64,000 nt of DNA. It comes from an uncultured Acidobacteriota bacterium. Its GTDB lineage: Bacteria > Acidobacteriota > Thermoanaerobaculia > UBA5066. This document shows positions 28,247 to 37,633 of this stretch, one piece after another. The notes beneath the pieces are model-generated. The model worked only from the letters and a program-made list of their open reading frames with translations, was not told the origin of the DNA and did no database searches. The translations under genes and the position numbers were made by a program. The DNA is taken from contig CAVZYA010000001.1 of assembly GCA_963779415.1 (NCBI GenBank), positions 1,536,001-1,600,000 of the forward strand, given 5' to 3'. Position 1 is the first letter of the stretch. Every line of letters begins with the position of its first letter.

Positions 28247-30409
28247 ATCACCGAAAATCCTCGCCGTGTCGCGGCTTCGGGAGGCTCCCTCGTCCTTCTC
28301 CTCCTGAACGTCCTCGCCGCCCTTCCGGCCTCGGCGGCGCCCGGATTCCATCTCTTTCCGGAGACCGCCGACCCAAAACCGGCCGGCTTCCGGCTCCAGC
28401 TCGACGGTCTTCCGCCCCCGGGGCCTCTGGCGGTTCGGAATGGCGCGCCCTCGCGCCCGGCTCCGGAGCGCGCGCCTTCGGCCCAGGCGTCCCTTCCTCC
28501 GCACCGGACGGAGAAGAACTTCGGCCTTGCGGCGGCCGAGCTCGTGGGGATCGGTGAGCTGGCCCCCTGGACCGTCAACCGCCTGACCAACTCACCGTGG
28601 GCCTACATCTCGACCGCGACGGCCCGATACAATCTTCAGACCGGGTTCACCTGGGACAACGACCCTTTCGCGACGAATCAGGCGTCCCATCCCTATCACG
28701 GGGGCGCGTACTTCAACGCCGCCCGGACGAACGGCTTCTCCTTCTGGGAGTCGGCTCCCTTCGTCCTCGCGGGAAGCTTCCTCTGGGAGATGTTCATGGA
28801 GAATCAGCCCCCGTCCATGAACGACCTCCTCAACACGACGATGGGCGGCATCGTCTTCGGCGAGGTGCAATTCCGGGCCGCGAACATGATCTTCGACAAC
28901 ACCGCGACCGGCCTTCAGCGGATTCTCCGCGAGGCCGGAGGTTTCGTCGTCAACCCGGTTGGCGGCTTCAACCGGCTCGTCCACGGCGAGATGTGGGCGA
29001 CCTTCCAGAATCCGCCGGACCGTCTCCCGAGCAGCCTCTACATCGAGCTGGACGGCCTGTATCGCCACGGCAGTGGGCCGGTACCGAGCCGCGCCGGCGA
29101 AGATCAGGGAGGACTTTCCGTTCTCATGCGCTACGGCGACCCATTCGAGGGCGTCCACCGGGATCCGTTCGAGTACTTCGACGTCAGCCTGAGCCTGCTG
29201 ACGCCGCACTCGGCCTTCATCACCGAAATCGTGGCGCGCGGACTCCTCATGGACGGGACGCTCTCCGCGAGTCCGTCGGCCGAGCAGCGCTTCGGCCTCT
29301 TCCTGGAGATGGATTACTTCAACCACGAGCAGGCCGTCTACGGCGCGCAGGTCGTCGGCGCCAGCCACCTGATGCGGGTTCCGCTCGGGGCCGAGACCGA
29401 GCTCCGGACCGAGGTCGGACTCATGGGAATTCCGATCATCGGTGTCGGGGTCGACTACCCCGAAGAGAACATCGCGAGCACGTCCGGCGTGACGTACGAC
29501 TACGGGGCGGGCTTCGGAGCGCAGGTGAGCGCGAGGCTGCGGCGGCGCGAGGTCGATCTCCTCGTCCTCGCCTGGTCCCTCGTCGGCCAGCGCGCGTCCA
29601 ACGGCATCTCGAAAAGCAGCCAGATTCAGGCGCTTTCGGCCGAAGCGCGCCTGCCGTTGACGAGGAACCTCGTCGTGGGCGGGGGCTGGTCGTGGGGCGA
29701 GCGCACGACGACCTACGACCGGCTTCCGACCGTGGACTCGTCGGGAACGGCCTGGCGGGTTTTCGCGGGCTGGGCGATCCCCACGAGGCCGGGTACGCCG
29801 GACCTGACGGCAGAATCGTCCTCCTCCTCCGCGACGCCCGATTCCCCGGGACCGTGGTCGGCCACCGCCTTCGGCGGACAATTCGTCGGCACCCGGGTCC
29901 GGACGGGGCCCGAGCTGAACGTTCTGATGCTGAACGCCCCGACGTACGGCCTCCGCCTCGGATACGGCGTCACGCGCGTCCTGACTCTCGAGGCCGGATG
30001 GTCGCGGGTGGCGACGACGCTTCGGCCGGAAATCCCCGAGACCGGCGATCCGTCCGGCCCGACGACGCCGGTGACCGTGAACACGTACGAGCTCGACGCC
30101 CTGTTCGGCTTCGGCGGCGCGACCGTGCGCGGGTACTTCGGCGTCGGAGCCGGCGCCCAGGACATCCACGCCCCGGCTCCGTACCTCCGCGCCGAGGGGG
30201 CGACGGCGCGCTTCGCAGCCAACATCGCCCTCGGCGGGCTCTACTTCCTGACTCCCGCGATCGCAATCCGCGCGGACGGGCGCTACCGGTTCCGCGCGAG
30301 CGACGAACGCCTCGCCGCCATCGGCTGTGACTACACCGGCTGCACGCGGTATGCGACGAACGTCTTCTCGAGCGCCGAGATCACCGGCGGCCTGATGATG
30401 AGGTTCTGA
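28247..30409 (+). CDS. DUF3943-type outer-membrane protein with an additional C-terminal beta-barrel; probable ATC start
   Basis: WDNDPFATNQASHPYHG, FWES, WEMFMENQPPSMNDL; ends in Phe; frame open from 28202; signal peptide after GGAGGGAGAC-ATC. Confidence 0.72.
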   Translation: MTENPRRVAASGGSLVLLLLNVLAALPASAAPGFHLFPETADPKPAGFRLQLDGLPPPGPLAVRNGAPSRPAPERAPSAQASLPPHRTEKNFGLAAAELVGIGELAPWTVNRLTNSPWAYISTATARYNLQTGFTWDNDPFATNQASHPYHGGAYFNAARTNGFSFWESAPFVLAGSFLWEMFMENQPPSMNDLLNTTMGGIVFGEVQFRAANMIFDNTATGLQRILREAGGFVVNPVGGFNRLVHGEMWATFQNPPDRLPSSLYIELDGLYRHGSGPVPSRAGEDQGGLSVLMRYGDPFEGVHRDPFEYFDVSLSLLTPHSAFITEIVARGLLMDGTLSASPSAEQRFGLFLEMDYFNHEQAVYGAQVVGASHLMRVPLGAETELRTEVGLMGIPIIGVGVDYPEENIASTSGVTYDYGAGFGAQVSARLRRREVDLLVLAWSLVGQRASNGISKSSQIQALSAEARLPLTRNLVVGGGWSWGERTTTYDRLPTVDSSGTAWRVFAGWAIPTRPGTPDLTAESSSSSATPDSPGPWSATAFGGQFVGTRVRTGPELNVLMLNAPTYGLRLGYGVTRVLTLEAGWSRVATTLRPEIPETGDPSGPTTPVTVNTYELDALFGFGGATVRGYFGVGAGAQDIHAPAPYLRAEGATARFAANIALGGLYFLTPAIAIRADGRYRFRASDERLAAIGCDYTGCTRYATNVFSSAEITGGLMMRF

Positions 30410-30441
30410 CCCCCCCGGCCGTTCCGAGTAGAGTTTCGGCC

Positions 30442-31563
30442 ATGCGGCGCCTCAGACCCGTCGCCCTCGCGCTCCTTCTCGCCGTCCCGGAGGAGCTCCC
30501 GGCCGGGGACGGCCCCGACGTCGTCCTCTACCTCGTCGGGGATGCCGGGACGAAGGTCCCGGAGGCCGCCGTCGTCCTCGGGCCGCTGGCGGCCGACGCC
30601 GCCCGCGACCGGGCGCGAAGCGTGATCGCGATCCTCGGCGACAACCTCTATCCCGCCGGACTCCCTCCTCCCGGCGCACCGGACCGCGCGGAGATGGAGA
30701 CGCGCCTCGAGGCGCAGCTCGCCACCGCGAGGGCCGCGGGGCGGGCCGTCCTCGTGCCTGGAAACCACGACTGGGCCGCCTGGACGAGGGACGGCTGGAA
30801 CGCGATCCGGCGGCAGGACGACTTCGTGAACGCGCATGGCGGGGAGACGGTCTCCTTCGCTCCTCCGGGGGGTTGTCCGGGCCCTGTCGTCTTCGACGTG
30901 GGAGAGACCGTCCGGCTCCTCGCCCTCGACACCCAGTGGTGGCTTCACAAGCACGAGAAGCCGGTCGGGCCTTCCTCCCCCTGCGCCCAGAAGAGCGAGG
31001 AGGACGTCGTCGCCGCGCTTCGCGAGGCGCTCCGGACCGCAGGAGGGCGGAAAACGGTCGTCCTCGCGCACCACGCACTCGAGTCGGGAGGCTACTCCGG
31101 CTCGCACATCACCTGGCAGGACCACATCTTTCCCCTCACCTGGTTCGTCGACTGGCTCTGGCTCCCGTTGCCCGGCATCGGATCCCTCACGGTCGCCGGG
31201 CGCTACGCCTTCGGCAACCAGCAGTCCCAGATGGCCCCGAAGTACCGCAACCTGAAGGAGGCGATGGCCCGGGCCTTCGCCGGAGCCCCTCCCTTCATCT
31301 GGGCCGCGGGACACGACCACGACCTTCAGGTCATCCGCCTCCCCGGCAAGGGCCAGACCTGGAACCTCATCAGCGGTGCCGGCGGCGGGAAAGGCATCGC
31401 GGCGCCGGCCCGGGAGATCACCGGGACCGTCTACTTCCGGAGCGAGCCCGGTTACATGAGAATCGCCTTCGAGAAGGAGGGGCCCGCCCGGCTCACCGTC
31501 GTCGGGGTCCCGGGCCCCGGCGTAACGGAGACTCTCTTCTCGACGGACCTGAACCGGGAGTGA
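30442..31563 (+). CDS. Secreted calcineurin-like metallophosphoesterase
   Basis: GDAG, LGDNLYP, PGNHDW, LDTQW, AHH, GHDH. Confidence 0.88.
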   Translation: MRRLRPVALALLLAVPEELPAGDGPDVVLYLVGDAGTKVPEAAVVLGPLAADAARDRARSVIAILGDNLYPAGLPPPGAPDRAEMETRLEAQLATARAAGRAVLVPGNHDWAAWTRDGWNAIRRQDDFVNAHGGETVSFAPPGGCPGPVVFDVGETVRLLALDTQWWLHKHEKPVGPSSPCAQKSEEDVVAALREALRTAGGRKTVVLAHHALESGGYSGSHITWQDHIFPLTWFVDWLWLPLPGIGSLTVAGRYAFGNQQSQMAPKYRNLKEAMARAFAGAPPFIWAAGHDHDLQVIRLPGKGQTWNLISGAGGGKGIAAPAREITGTVYFRSEPGYMRIAFEKEGPARLTVVGVPGPGVTETLFSTDLNRE

Positions 31564-31564
31564 C

Positions 31565-31651
31565 GGCCTCACCGCCCGCTCCGGCTTCGCTTTCGGCATC
31601 GTCCGGCACGTCCGCGAGCTCTTCTGGGCTGCGGCCGGGCTCCTCGTCTAC
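31565..31651 (+). pseudogene. Orphan diverged 3'-end fragment of the hpnL-like gene
   Basis: Translates GLTARSGFAFGIVRHVRELFWAAAGLLVY vs GLPARFGFAFGILRHLREFFWAIVGFLIY at 28081-28167, gapless. Confidence 0.85.
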
Positions 31652-31728
31652 TTCATCCGTCGCCGGGCCGTGTCGCCGGGGACTCGCGCCGGCTGACCCC
31701 CGGACGGGCCGGACAGACCGCCCGGACG

Positions 31729-34089
31729 TCAGAGCTCCCCGTGCTCCGTGCGAGAGATGATCTCCTCCTGCAGAGTCTCGGAAAGGTCGCAGAAGTAGTC
31801 ACTGTAGCCCGCAACCCGGACGATGAGGCCGCGGTGGGCTTCCGGATCCGCCTGCGCCGCGCGGAGCGTCTCCGCCGAGACGACGTTGAACTGGACGTGG
31901 TGGCCGTCGGCCCGGAAATACGTTCGGACGAGATGCGCGAGACGGGAGAGCCCCTCGTCGCCTTCGAGGAGTGACGGAGAGAACTTCATGTTGAGAAGCG
32001 TCCCGCCCGTCTTGACGTGGTCCATCTTCGCCGCGGAGCGGAAGACCGCCGTCGGCCCCCGCCGGTCCGCCCCCTGGACCGGAGAGATCCCCTCCGAGAG
32101 GGGCCGTCCCGCCTTCCGGCCGTCGGGCGTCGCCCCCGTAACCGACCCGAAGTAGACGTGACAGGTCGTCGGGAGCATCTCGAGGCGGTACGTCCCTCCC
32201 CGCGCGCTCGGCCGCCCGTCGATCGCCGCGAAGGCCGTCCGGAAGACGCGGACCATCAGGTCGTCGGCCGCGTCGTCGTCGTTCCCGTACTTGGGCATTT
32301 TGTTCACGAGGCGCTGCCGGAGCGACTCCGTCCCCGCGAAGTCGGCGTCCATCGCCCCGACGAACGCCTCGAGCGGCATCGCCTTCTCCTCGAAGACGAA
32401 GCGGCGGAGCGCGGCGAGGGAATCGGTGACCGTCCCGATCCCGACGGCCTGGATGAACGTGTTGTTGTAGCGCGCGCCGCCGGAGTTGTAGTCGCGCCCC
32501 TTCGCGATGCAGTCGTCCGTCAGGACCGAAAGGAAGGGCGCCGGCATCTCCGTCGCGTAGAGCCGCTCGATGAGCTGGTTCCCCCGGATCTTCACCTCCA
32601 CGAGGTGCCGGAGCTGGGCCTCGAACGCGCGGAATAGGTCGTCGAAGCTCCCGAACGCAGCCGCGAGGCCGGTCGCCGGGCCGAGGCGCTCACCGCTCCG
32701 CGGATCGACTCCGTCGTGGAGCGCAAGCTCGAGCACCTTCACGAGGTTGAAGTAGCCGGTCAGGATGTAGGCCTCCTTGCCGAAGGCGCCCACCTCCACG
32801 CACCCGCTGCACCCCCCAGCGCGGGCGTCCTCGAGCGTCTTCCCCTGCCGAAGCTGCTCCTCGACGACCGCGTCGGCATTGAAGAGGGAGGGGAATCCGT
32901 ACCCCTTCCGGACGACGCGGAGGACCGCCTTGAGGACCGTGTCCGGGGTCTTCCGCGAGATCTGGGCGTTCGAGGAGGGCTGGAGGAGGTGCATCTCTCC
33001 GATCACGTCGAGTAGAAGGGTCGTCACCTCGTTCGAGCCGTCGGAGCCGTCCGGGAGGAGCCCGGCGAGATTGATGTTCGCGAAGTCCGTGTACGTCCCG
33101 CTCTCGGCCGCCGTCACTCCGACCTTCGGGGGGGCCGGATGGTTGTTGAACTTCACGAAGAAGCACTCGATCAGCTCCCGGGCCGACTCGCGCGTCAGGC
33201 TCCCGTCGGCGAGGCCCCGCCGATAGAACGGGAGGAGATGCTGGTCGAGGTGCCCCGGGCTGAAGGCGTCCCAGCCGTTCAGCTCGGTGATGACGCCGAG
33301 GTGGCAGAACCAGTACGACTGAAGCGCTTCGTGAAAATCGTGCGGCGGGTGCGCCGGGACACGGCGGCAGACCTCGGCGATGCGCCGGAGCTCCTTCTTC
33401 CGGTCCGGGTCCTTCTCCGACTCGGCGAGCTCCTCGGCGCGCGCGGCGTGCCGGCGAGCGAAGAGGAGGACCGCGTCGCACGCGATCTCCATCGCGGCCA
33501 GCTCTTCCCGTTTGTCGAGCGCACACGGGTCGCGCTCCTCGTCGAGAGCCGAGAGGGCCTTTGCGATCTCCGCCTTGAAATCGAGAAGACCCTTCCGGTA
33601 GATCTTGTCGTCCAGGACCGTGTGGCCGGGAGCACGCTGCTCCATGAACTCGGTGAAGACGCCCGCGCCGTACGCCGCGTGCCAGTCGGGAGGAAGAAGC
33701 GGAAAGATCCGGTCGCGGAGCGAACGGCCGCGCCAGAAGGGAATGACCGTTTTCTCGTACGCCTCGAGCATCCCGGGCGGAACGCGGTACGACGTGAGAG
33801 GGCGCGAGTCGAGGATCCGGAGGTCTTCGAGGCTGTGACAAGTCAGCTCGGGGTAAGTCGGCACCGCCTTCGGCCGCTCTCCGCGCTCGCCCACGATCAG
33901 CTCGCCCTCGCCGATCCAGATCGTCTTCCGCTCGCAGAGAAAGTGGAACGCCCTCGCGCGGAGGGCCGGCTTCGAGTGGCGTCCGAGATTCTCCCGATAG
34001 AACGCGGTCAGGAGCTCGGCACGCTCCGCCGACAGCGTGGGGACGGCGTCAAGACTCTCGCGGCGGAGCCGTTCGGTGCGGGGGTTCAT
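31729..34089 (-). CDS. hypD: Glycyl radical enzyme, trans-4-hydroxy-L-proline dehydratase type
   Basis: MEQRAPGHT, ELNGWDAFSPG, ESGTYTDFANIN, SGCVE Cys loop, YILTGY, LPTTCHVYFG, RVAGYS Gly-radical motif. Confidence 0.85.
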   Translation of the reverse strand: MNPRTERLRRESLDAVPTLSAERAELLTAFYRENLGRHSKPALRARAFHFLCERKTIWIGEGELIVGERGERPKAVPTYPELTCHSLEDLRILDSRPLTSYRVPPGMLEAYEKTVIPFWRGRSLRDRIFPLLPPDWHAAYGAGVFTEFMEQRAPGHTVLDDKIYRKGLLDFKAEIAKALSALDEERDPCALDKREELAAMEIACDAVLLFARRHAARAEELAESEKDPDRKKELRRIAEVCRRVPAHPPHDFHEALQSYWFCHLGVITELNGWDAFSPGHLDQHLLPFYRRGLADGSLTRESARELIECFFVKFNNHPAPPKVGVTAAESGTYTDFANINLAGLLPDGSDGSNEVTTLLLDVIGEMHLLQPSSNAQISRKTPDTVLKAVLRVVRKGYGFPSLFNADAVVEEQLRQGKTLEDARAGGCSGCVEVGAFGKEAYILTGYFNLVKVLELALHDGVDPRSGERLGPATGLAAAFGSFDDLFRAFEAQLRHLVEVKIRGNQLIERLYATEMPAPFLSVLTDDCIAKGRDYNSGGARYNNTFIQAVGIGTVTDSLAALRRFVFEEKAMPLEAFVGAMDADFAGTESLRQRLVNKMPKYGNDDDAADDLMVRVFRTAFAAIDGRPSARGGTYRLEMLPTTCHVYFGSVTGATPDGRKAGRPLSEGISPVQGADRRGPTAVFRSAAKMDHVKTGGTLLNMKFSPSLLEGDEGLSRLAHLVRTYFRADGHHVQFNVVSAETLRAAQADPEAHRGLIVRVAGYSDYFCDLSETLQEEIISRTEHGEL

Positions 34090-34093
34090 CGGG

Positions 34094-35020
34094 TCATCCT
34101 CCGATCGTCGTCGTCACGCCGGTGGGGACGAAGAGGGTGGCGAGCGCCGCCATCCGCTCGGGAGAGGGCGTCGCCACGCCAGCGAGCGGATCGGTCCGGC
34201 CGAGCCGAACTCTCTTTCCCGAGCCGGTTCGATGGTACGGGAGAAGGCTGATGCGTCGAATCGAAGGGGTCTTCGACGCGAGGCGGGCGACGGCCGTACA
34301 GAACTCCTCGTCGTCCGTCAGTCCCGGGATGACCGGAATCCTGATCCAGAGCGGAATGCCCCGCCCGGCCACGGCGGCGAGGTTCCCGAGTATCGTTTCG
34401 AGGGGTGCGCCGGTCAGGGCGAGATGCCGGTCCGGGTCGAGCGTCTTCAAGTCCCAGAGGAAGAGGTCTGTGCGCGCCGCCACCTCCAGGACGGCCTCGC
34501 GGGGGGCGAAACCGCAGGTGTCGACCGCGGTCTTCAGGCCCGCCGCGCGGCACGCCTCCAGGCAGCCGAGAAGAAATCCCCGCTGCGCAAGCGGCTCTCC
34601 GCCCGAAAACGTGATACCGCCCCCCGACTCCTCATAGACGGCCCGATCGCGCTCGACCTCGGCCACCAGCTCCTCGACGGAGAGGACTCGTCCGGCCACT
34701 TCCCGGGCCCCGGAGGGACATGCCTCGGCGCACCGCCGGCACCCCTCGCACCCCTCCTCCCCGAGGCTCCGTCCGGCCTCGAGGGGACCTCCCGGGCGGG
34801 GGCAGGCGTCGCGGCAGGCGCCGCAGGAAAGGCAACGGGACTCGGTCCAGAGGATTTCCGGGGAAGAGCCGATCCCTTCGGGGTTGTGGCACCAGGGGCA
34901 CCTCAAGGGGCACCCCTTGAGAAAGACGGTCGTCCGGATTCCCGGGCCGTCGTGGAACGATGCCCTCTGGACGTTGAAGACCGTCCCGACCGTCCCCCGG
35001 GGCGCCGGTTCCCCTCGCAT
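34094..35020 (-). CDS. Glycyl-radical enzyme activating protein with ferredoxin insert
   Basis: HDGPGIRTTVFLKGCPLRCPWCHNPE; two CxxCxxCxxxCP motifs; GGITFSGGEP. Confidence 0.93.
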   Translation of the reverse strand: MRGEPAPRGTVGTVFNVQRASFHDGPGIRTTVFLKGCPLRCPWCHNPEGIGSSPEILWTESRCLSCGACRDACPRPGGPLEAGRSLGEEGCEGCRRCAEACPSGAREVAGRVLSVEELVAEVERDRAVYEESGGGITFSGGEPLAQRGFLLGCLEACRAAGLKTAVDTCGFAPREAVLEVAARTDLFLWDLKTLDPDRHLALTGAPLETILGNLAAVAGRGIPLWIRIPVIPGLTDDEEFCTAVARLASKTPSIRRISLLPYHRTGSGKRVRLGRTDPLAGVATPSPERMAALATLFVPTGVTTTIGG

Positions 35021-35128
35021 GACGACTCTGCTCCTGGCCCAGAGATTGCGACTGCGGGCGCCGCCCGTCTTGTACGATCCGGGCGGAGACGCTGCGCCTT
35101 CGGCACATCGCGCGTCCCCGAAAGCCTG

Positions 35129-35869
35129 ATGCGTTCCTCAAAGGAGCTCGAAGCCGCCCTCGATGCCGCGGGCTTCGCCCTGACGCTCTTCGACCGGCTT
35201 CCGGACGTGGTCTTCTTCGCCAAGGATGCCGTCGGGCGTTACGTCGCCGTGAACTCGACGCTCGTCCGGCGGCTCGGCTGGAATCATCCGTCCCAGCTTC
35301 TCGGCCGGACGGCGCGCGACCTCTTTCCCGCCCCGCTTGGCGAGCGCTACCTCGCCCAGGACCTCGGCCTCCTCCGGAGCGGGAGCGAGGTCGTGGACCT
35401 CCTCGAGCTTCACCTCTATCCGGACCGGCGGGAAGGGTGGTGCGTCACGAACAAGGTCCCGATCCGGGGGAGCTCAGGGCGAACCATCGGCCTCGTGGGG
35501 ACGTCACGCGACGTGCGGGCGCCCGCGCAGGGGTCGGAGGAGTTCGCCGATCTCGCGGAAGCGGTCCGGACGATCCAGGAGGAGTTCCACCATTCGCTCC
35601 ACGTCGAGGAGCTCGCCGCGCTCGCACGGATCTCTCCCTGGCAGCTCACCCGGCGGACCCGGACCCTTTTCGGCCTCACCCCGACGCAGCTCATCATCCG
35701 GACCCGCCTCGACGCCGCACGGCGGATGCTCGCGAGCCACGACGAATCGATCGGCCAGATCGCCGTCGCGTGCGGTTACTGCGACCAGAGCGCGTTCACC
35801 CGCCAGTTCAAGGCCTCAGTCGGCCTCACGCCGGCCCAGTACCGCGAGCGGACCGCGCCGGCGCCCTAG
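35129..35869 (+). CDS. PAS-domain AraC family regulator
   Basis: FDRLPDVVFFAKD PAS domain; IAVACGYCDQSAFTRQFK..VGLTP HTH; divergent from the GRE operon. Confidence 0.9.
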   Translation: MRSSKELEAALDAAGFALTLFDRLPDVVFFAKDAVGRYVAVNSTLVRRLGWNHPSQLLGRTARDLFPAPLGERYLAQDLGLLRSGSEVVDLLELHLYPDRREGWCVTNKVPIRGSSGRTIGLVGTSRDVRAPAQGSEEFADLAEAVRTIQEEFHHSLHVEELAALARISPWQLTRRTRTLFGLTPTQLIIRTRLDAARRMLASHDESIGQIAVACGYCDQSAFTRQFKASVGLTPAQYRERTAPAP

Positions 35870-35890
35870 TTCGCGGACGCCCGACGAAGG

Positions 35891-37540
35891 TCATTCCTCG
35901 AGGAGCTCCCTCGCGAAAGAGATCGGGACGCCGAAGCTGGCGCCGCCGAAGTCGCGGAGAAACGCCGCGTTGACGCCGATCACTTTCCCTCGCTGGTTGA
36001 AAACGGGTCCACCGCTTCCCCCGAGCGCCGTCGAGGCGTCGTACGTGAGGCGGTTCTCCAGGATGTCGCCGAGGTGCCCCTGCGTGGCCAGCGGGCGAAT
36101 CAGGTGACGCCGGGCCAGCTCGGCGGAGATCTTCTCCTCGTCGCCCTCGACCGCCGACACGATCGGGTCGACGACCGTCTCGTCGAGCCGGGCCAGAAGC
36201 GCGTCGAGGCCGGTCGGATATCCGATCAGGATCACCGGCTGGCCCGGACGTGTCGTGCGCGGGTCCTTCTCGATCTGAAGCACCGGGAGCCGCTTCCCTC
36301 CGAGGTCTCCCCGGACCAGCGCCACGTCGGCCTTCGTCGAGACCCGGAGGACCTCCAGCTTCACGGGGTCGGGCAGCGCCGGGAAGTACGCCCTCAGCGC
36401 CTCGAGGCGGGGACGGAATCCTTTCTCGGCGAGCTCCCTGGCCTCCGCGTCCTGCCACCAGGGTTCGGCCACGTGACGGTTCGTGAGGAGTTCCCCCTTC
36501 TCGGAGACCAGAAAGGCGGTTCCCGTATACCTCCGTCGGTGAATGGAGCCCACACCGGCCGTCGTATAGAGGCCCTGACCTTCGGCGCCGATCCGGAGCT
36601 CCCCCTTCTCGATCACGATCTCACGGAGCGGCTCCCCCTCGGCGTCGGCGTAGGTGAAAGCCCCTTCGACGAGCGCCACCCCGCCCGACATGTCCCGGAT
36701 GACCGCCTCGGCCTGCGTTCGTTCACGCTCCTGGGCGGCGATCCTCCGGGCATTGCTCGCGAGGCTCCGCTGCAGATCGGCGATCTCCCTTCCCCGGGAC
36801 GAGGCGCTCGCCTCGGCCTCCGAGAGCCGCTCCTTCAGGATCCGCTGCTGTTCGAGAAGCGCCGCGACCTGGCGCCTCGTCTCCTCATCGTGGTCCGCCA
36901 GAAGCGACGCGACCCTCCGCCTCTCCTCGGCCAGCTCCGCCCGGAGACTCGCCAGCGAGCGCCTGTCCGAGGCGGACTCCGACCTCACCTGGACCACCTG
37001 CTTCTCCAGCCGGCGTCGCGAGACGACGCTCTGGACGAGGACCGCGCCGCTCGCCACGAGCGAGAGCGCGAGGACGCCAATCAGTACGGCACGCGCGCGC
37101 GACGACGTGTCCCGGACGAGCGCGCGAGGCATTTCGCGAAGAACCCCGGACACCCTGCGGCCCGGCGACGCGCCGAGCCGCCCCGCTTTCCGGACGGAGT
37201 CCCGAAGGGCGATCCGGACGGGCTTCTGGACCTCGCCGTCGGCCGCTTCCACGCGGAGGCGGAGTCTCGGGCCGCCGGACCCGAACTGCAGGTGGTCCCC
37301 GTCCAGCAGCATGACCTCGTCGACCTGTCGATCGTTGACGAACGTTCCGCCGGCCGTTCCGAGGTCTTTCAGGTAATACTCGAAGTTGTCGCGGAAGATC
37401 TCCGCCTGCGGAACGGCGGCGGGATCCGGATCGAGCCTCACGTCGCTCGACGGACCCCCCCCGACGACGAACCGCGTCTTGTCGATGCTCTGCGTTTCGC
37501 CCGCCAGCGGCCCGGAAAGGTGTGTCAGGACGGCTCTCAG
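35891..37540 (-). CDS. FHA domain + TM + coiled coil + trypsin-like protease; probable CTG start
   Basis: LKDLGTAGGTFVN/L.DGD.LQFG (FHA); TNRHVA, DVALV, GGSGGP triad; GGAGG 8 nt before CTG at 37540. Confidence 0.8.
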   Translation of the reverse strand: MRAVLTHLSGPLAGETQSIDKTRFVVGGGPSSDVRLDPDPAAVPQAEIFRDNFEYYLKDLGTAGGTFVNDRQVDEVMLLDGDHLQFGSGGPRLRLRVEAADGEVQKPVRIALRDSVRKAGRLGASPGRRVSGVLREMPRALVRDTSSRARAVLIGVLALSLVASGAVLVQSVVSRRRLEKQVVQVRSESASDRRSLASLRAELAEERRRVASLLADHDEETRRQVAALLEQQRILKERLSEAEASASSRGREIADLQRSLASNARRIAAQERERTQAEAVIRDMSGGVALVEGAFTYADAEGEPLREIVIEKGELRIGAEGQGLYTTAGVGSIHRRRYTGTAFLVSEKGELLTNRHVAEPWWQDAEARELAEKGFRPRLEALRAYFPALPDPVKLEVLRVSTKADVALVRGDLGGKRLPVLQIEKDPRTTRPGQPVILIGYPTGLDALLARLDETVVDPIVSAVEGDEEKISAELARRHLIRPLATQGHLGDILENRLTYDASTALGGSGGPVFNQRGKVIGVNAAFLRDFGGASFGVPISFARELLEE

Positions 37541-37633
37541 ATGACGGACCTCCTCCGGCAGCGCCAGATCCTCCGTACACGATAGTCCGTAAAACTTCAG
37601 ACGCCATAATGCGTATCTCGCGTGGAGGTATAC

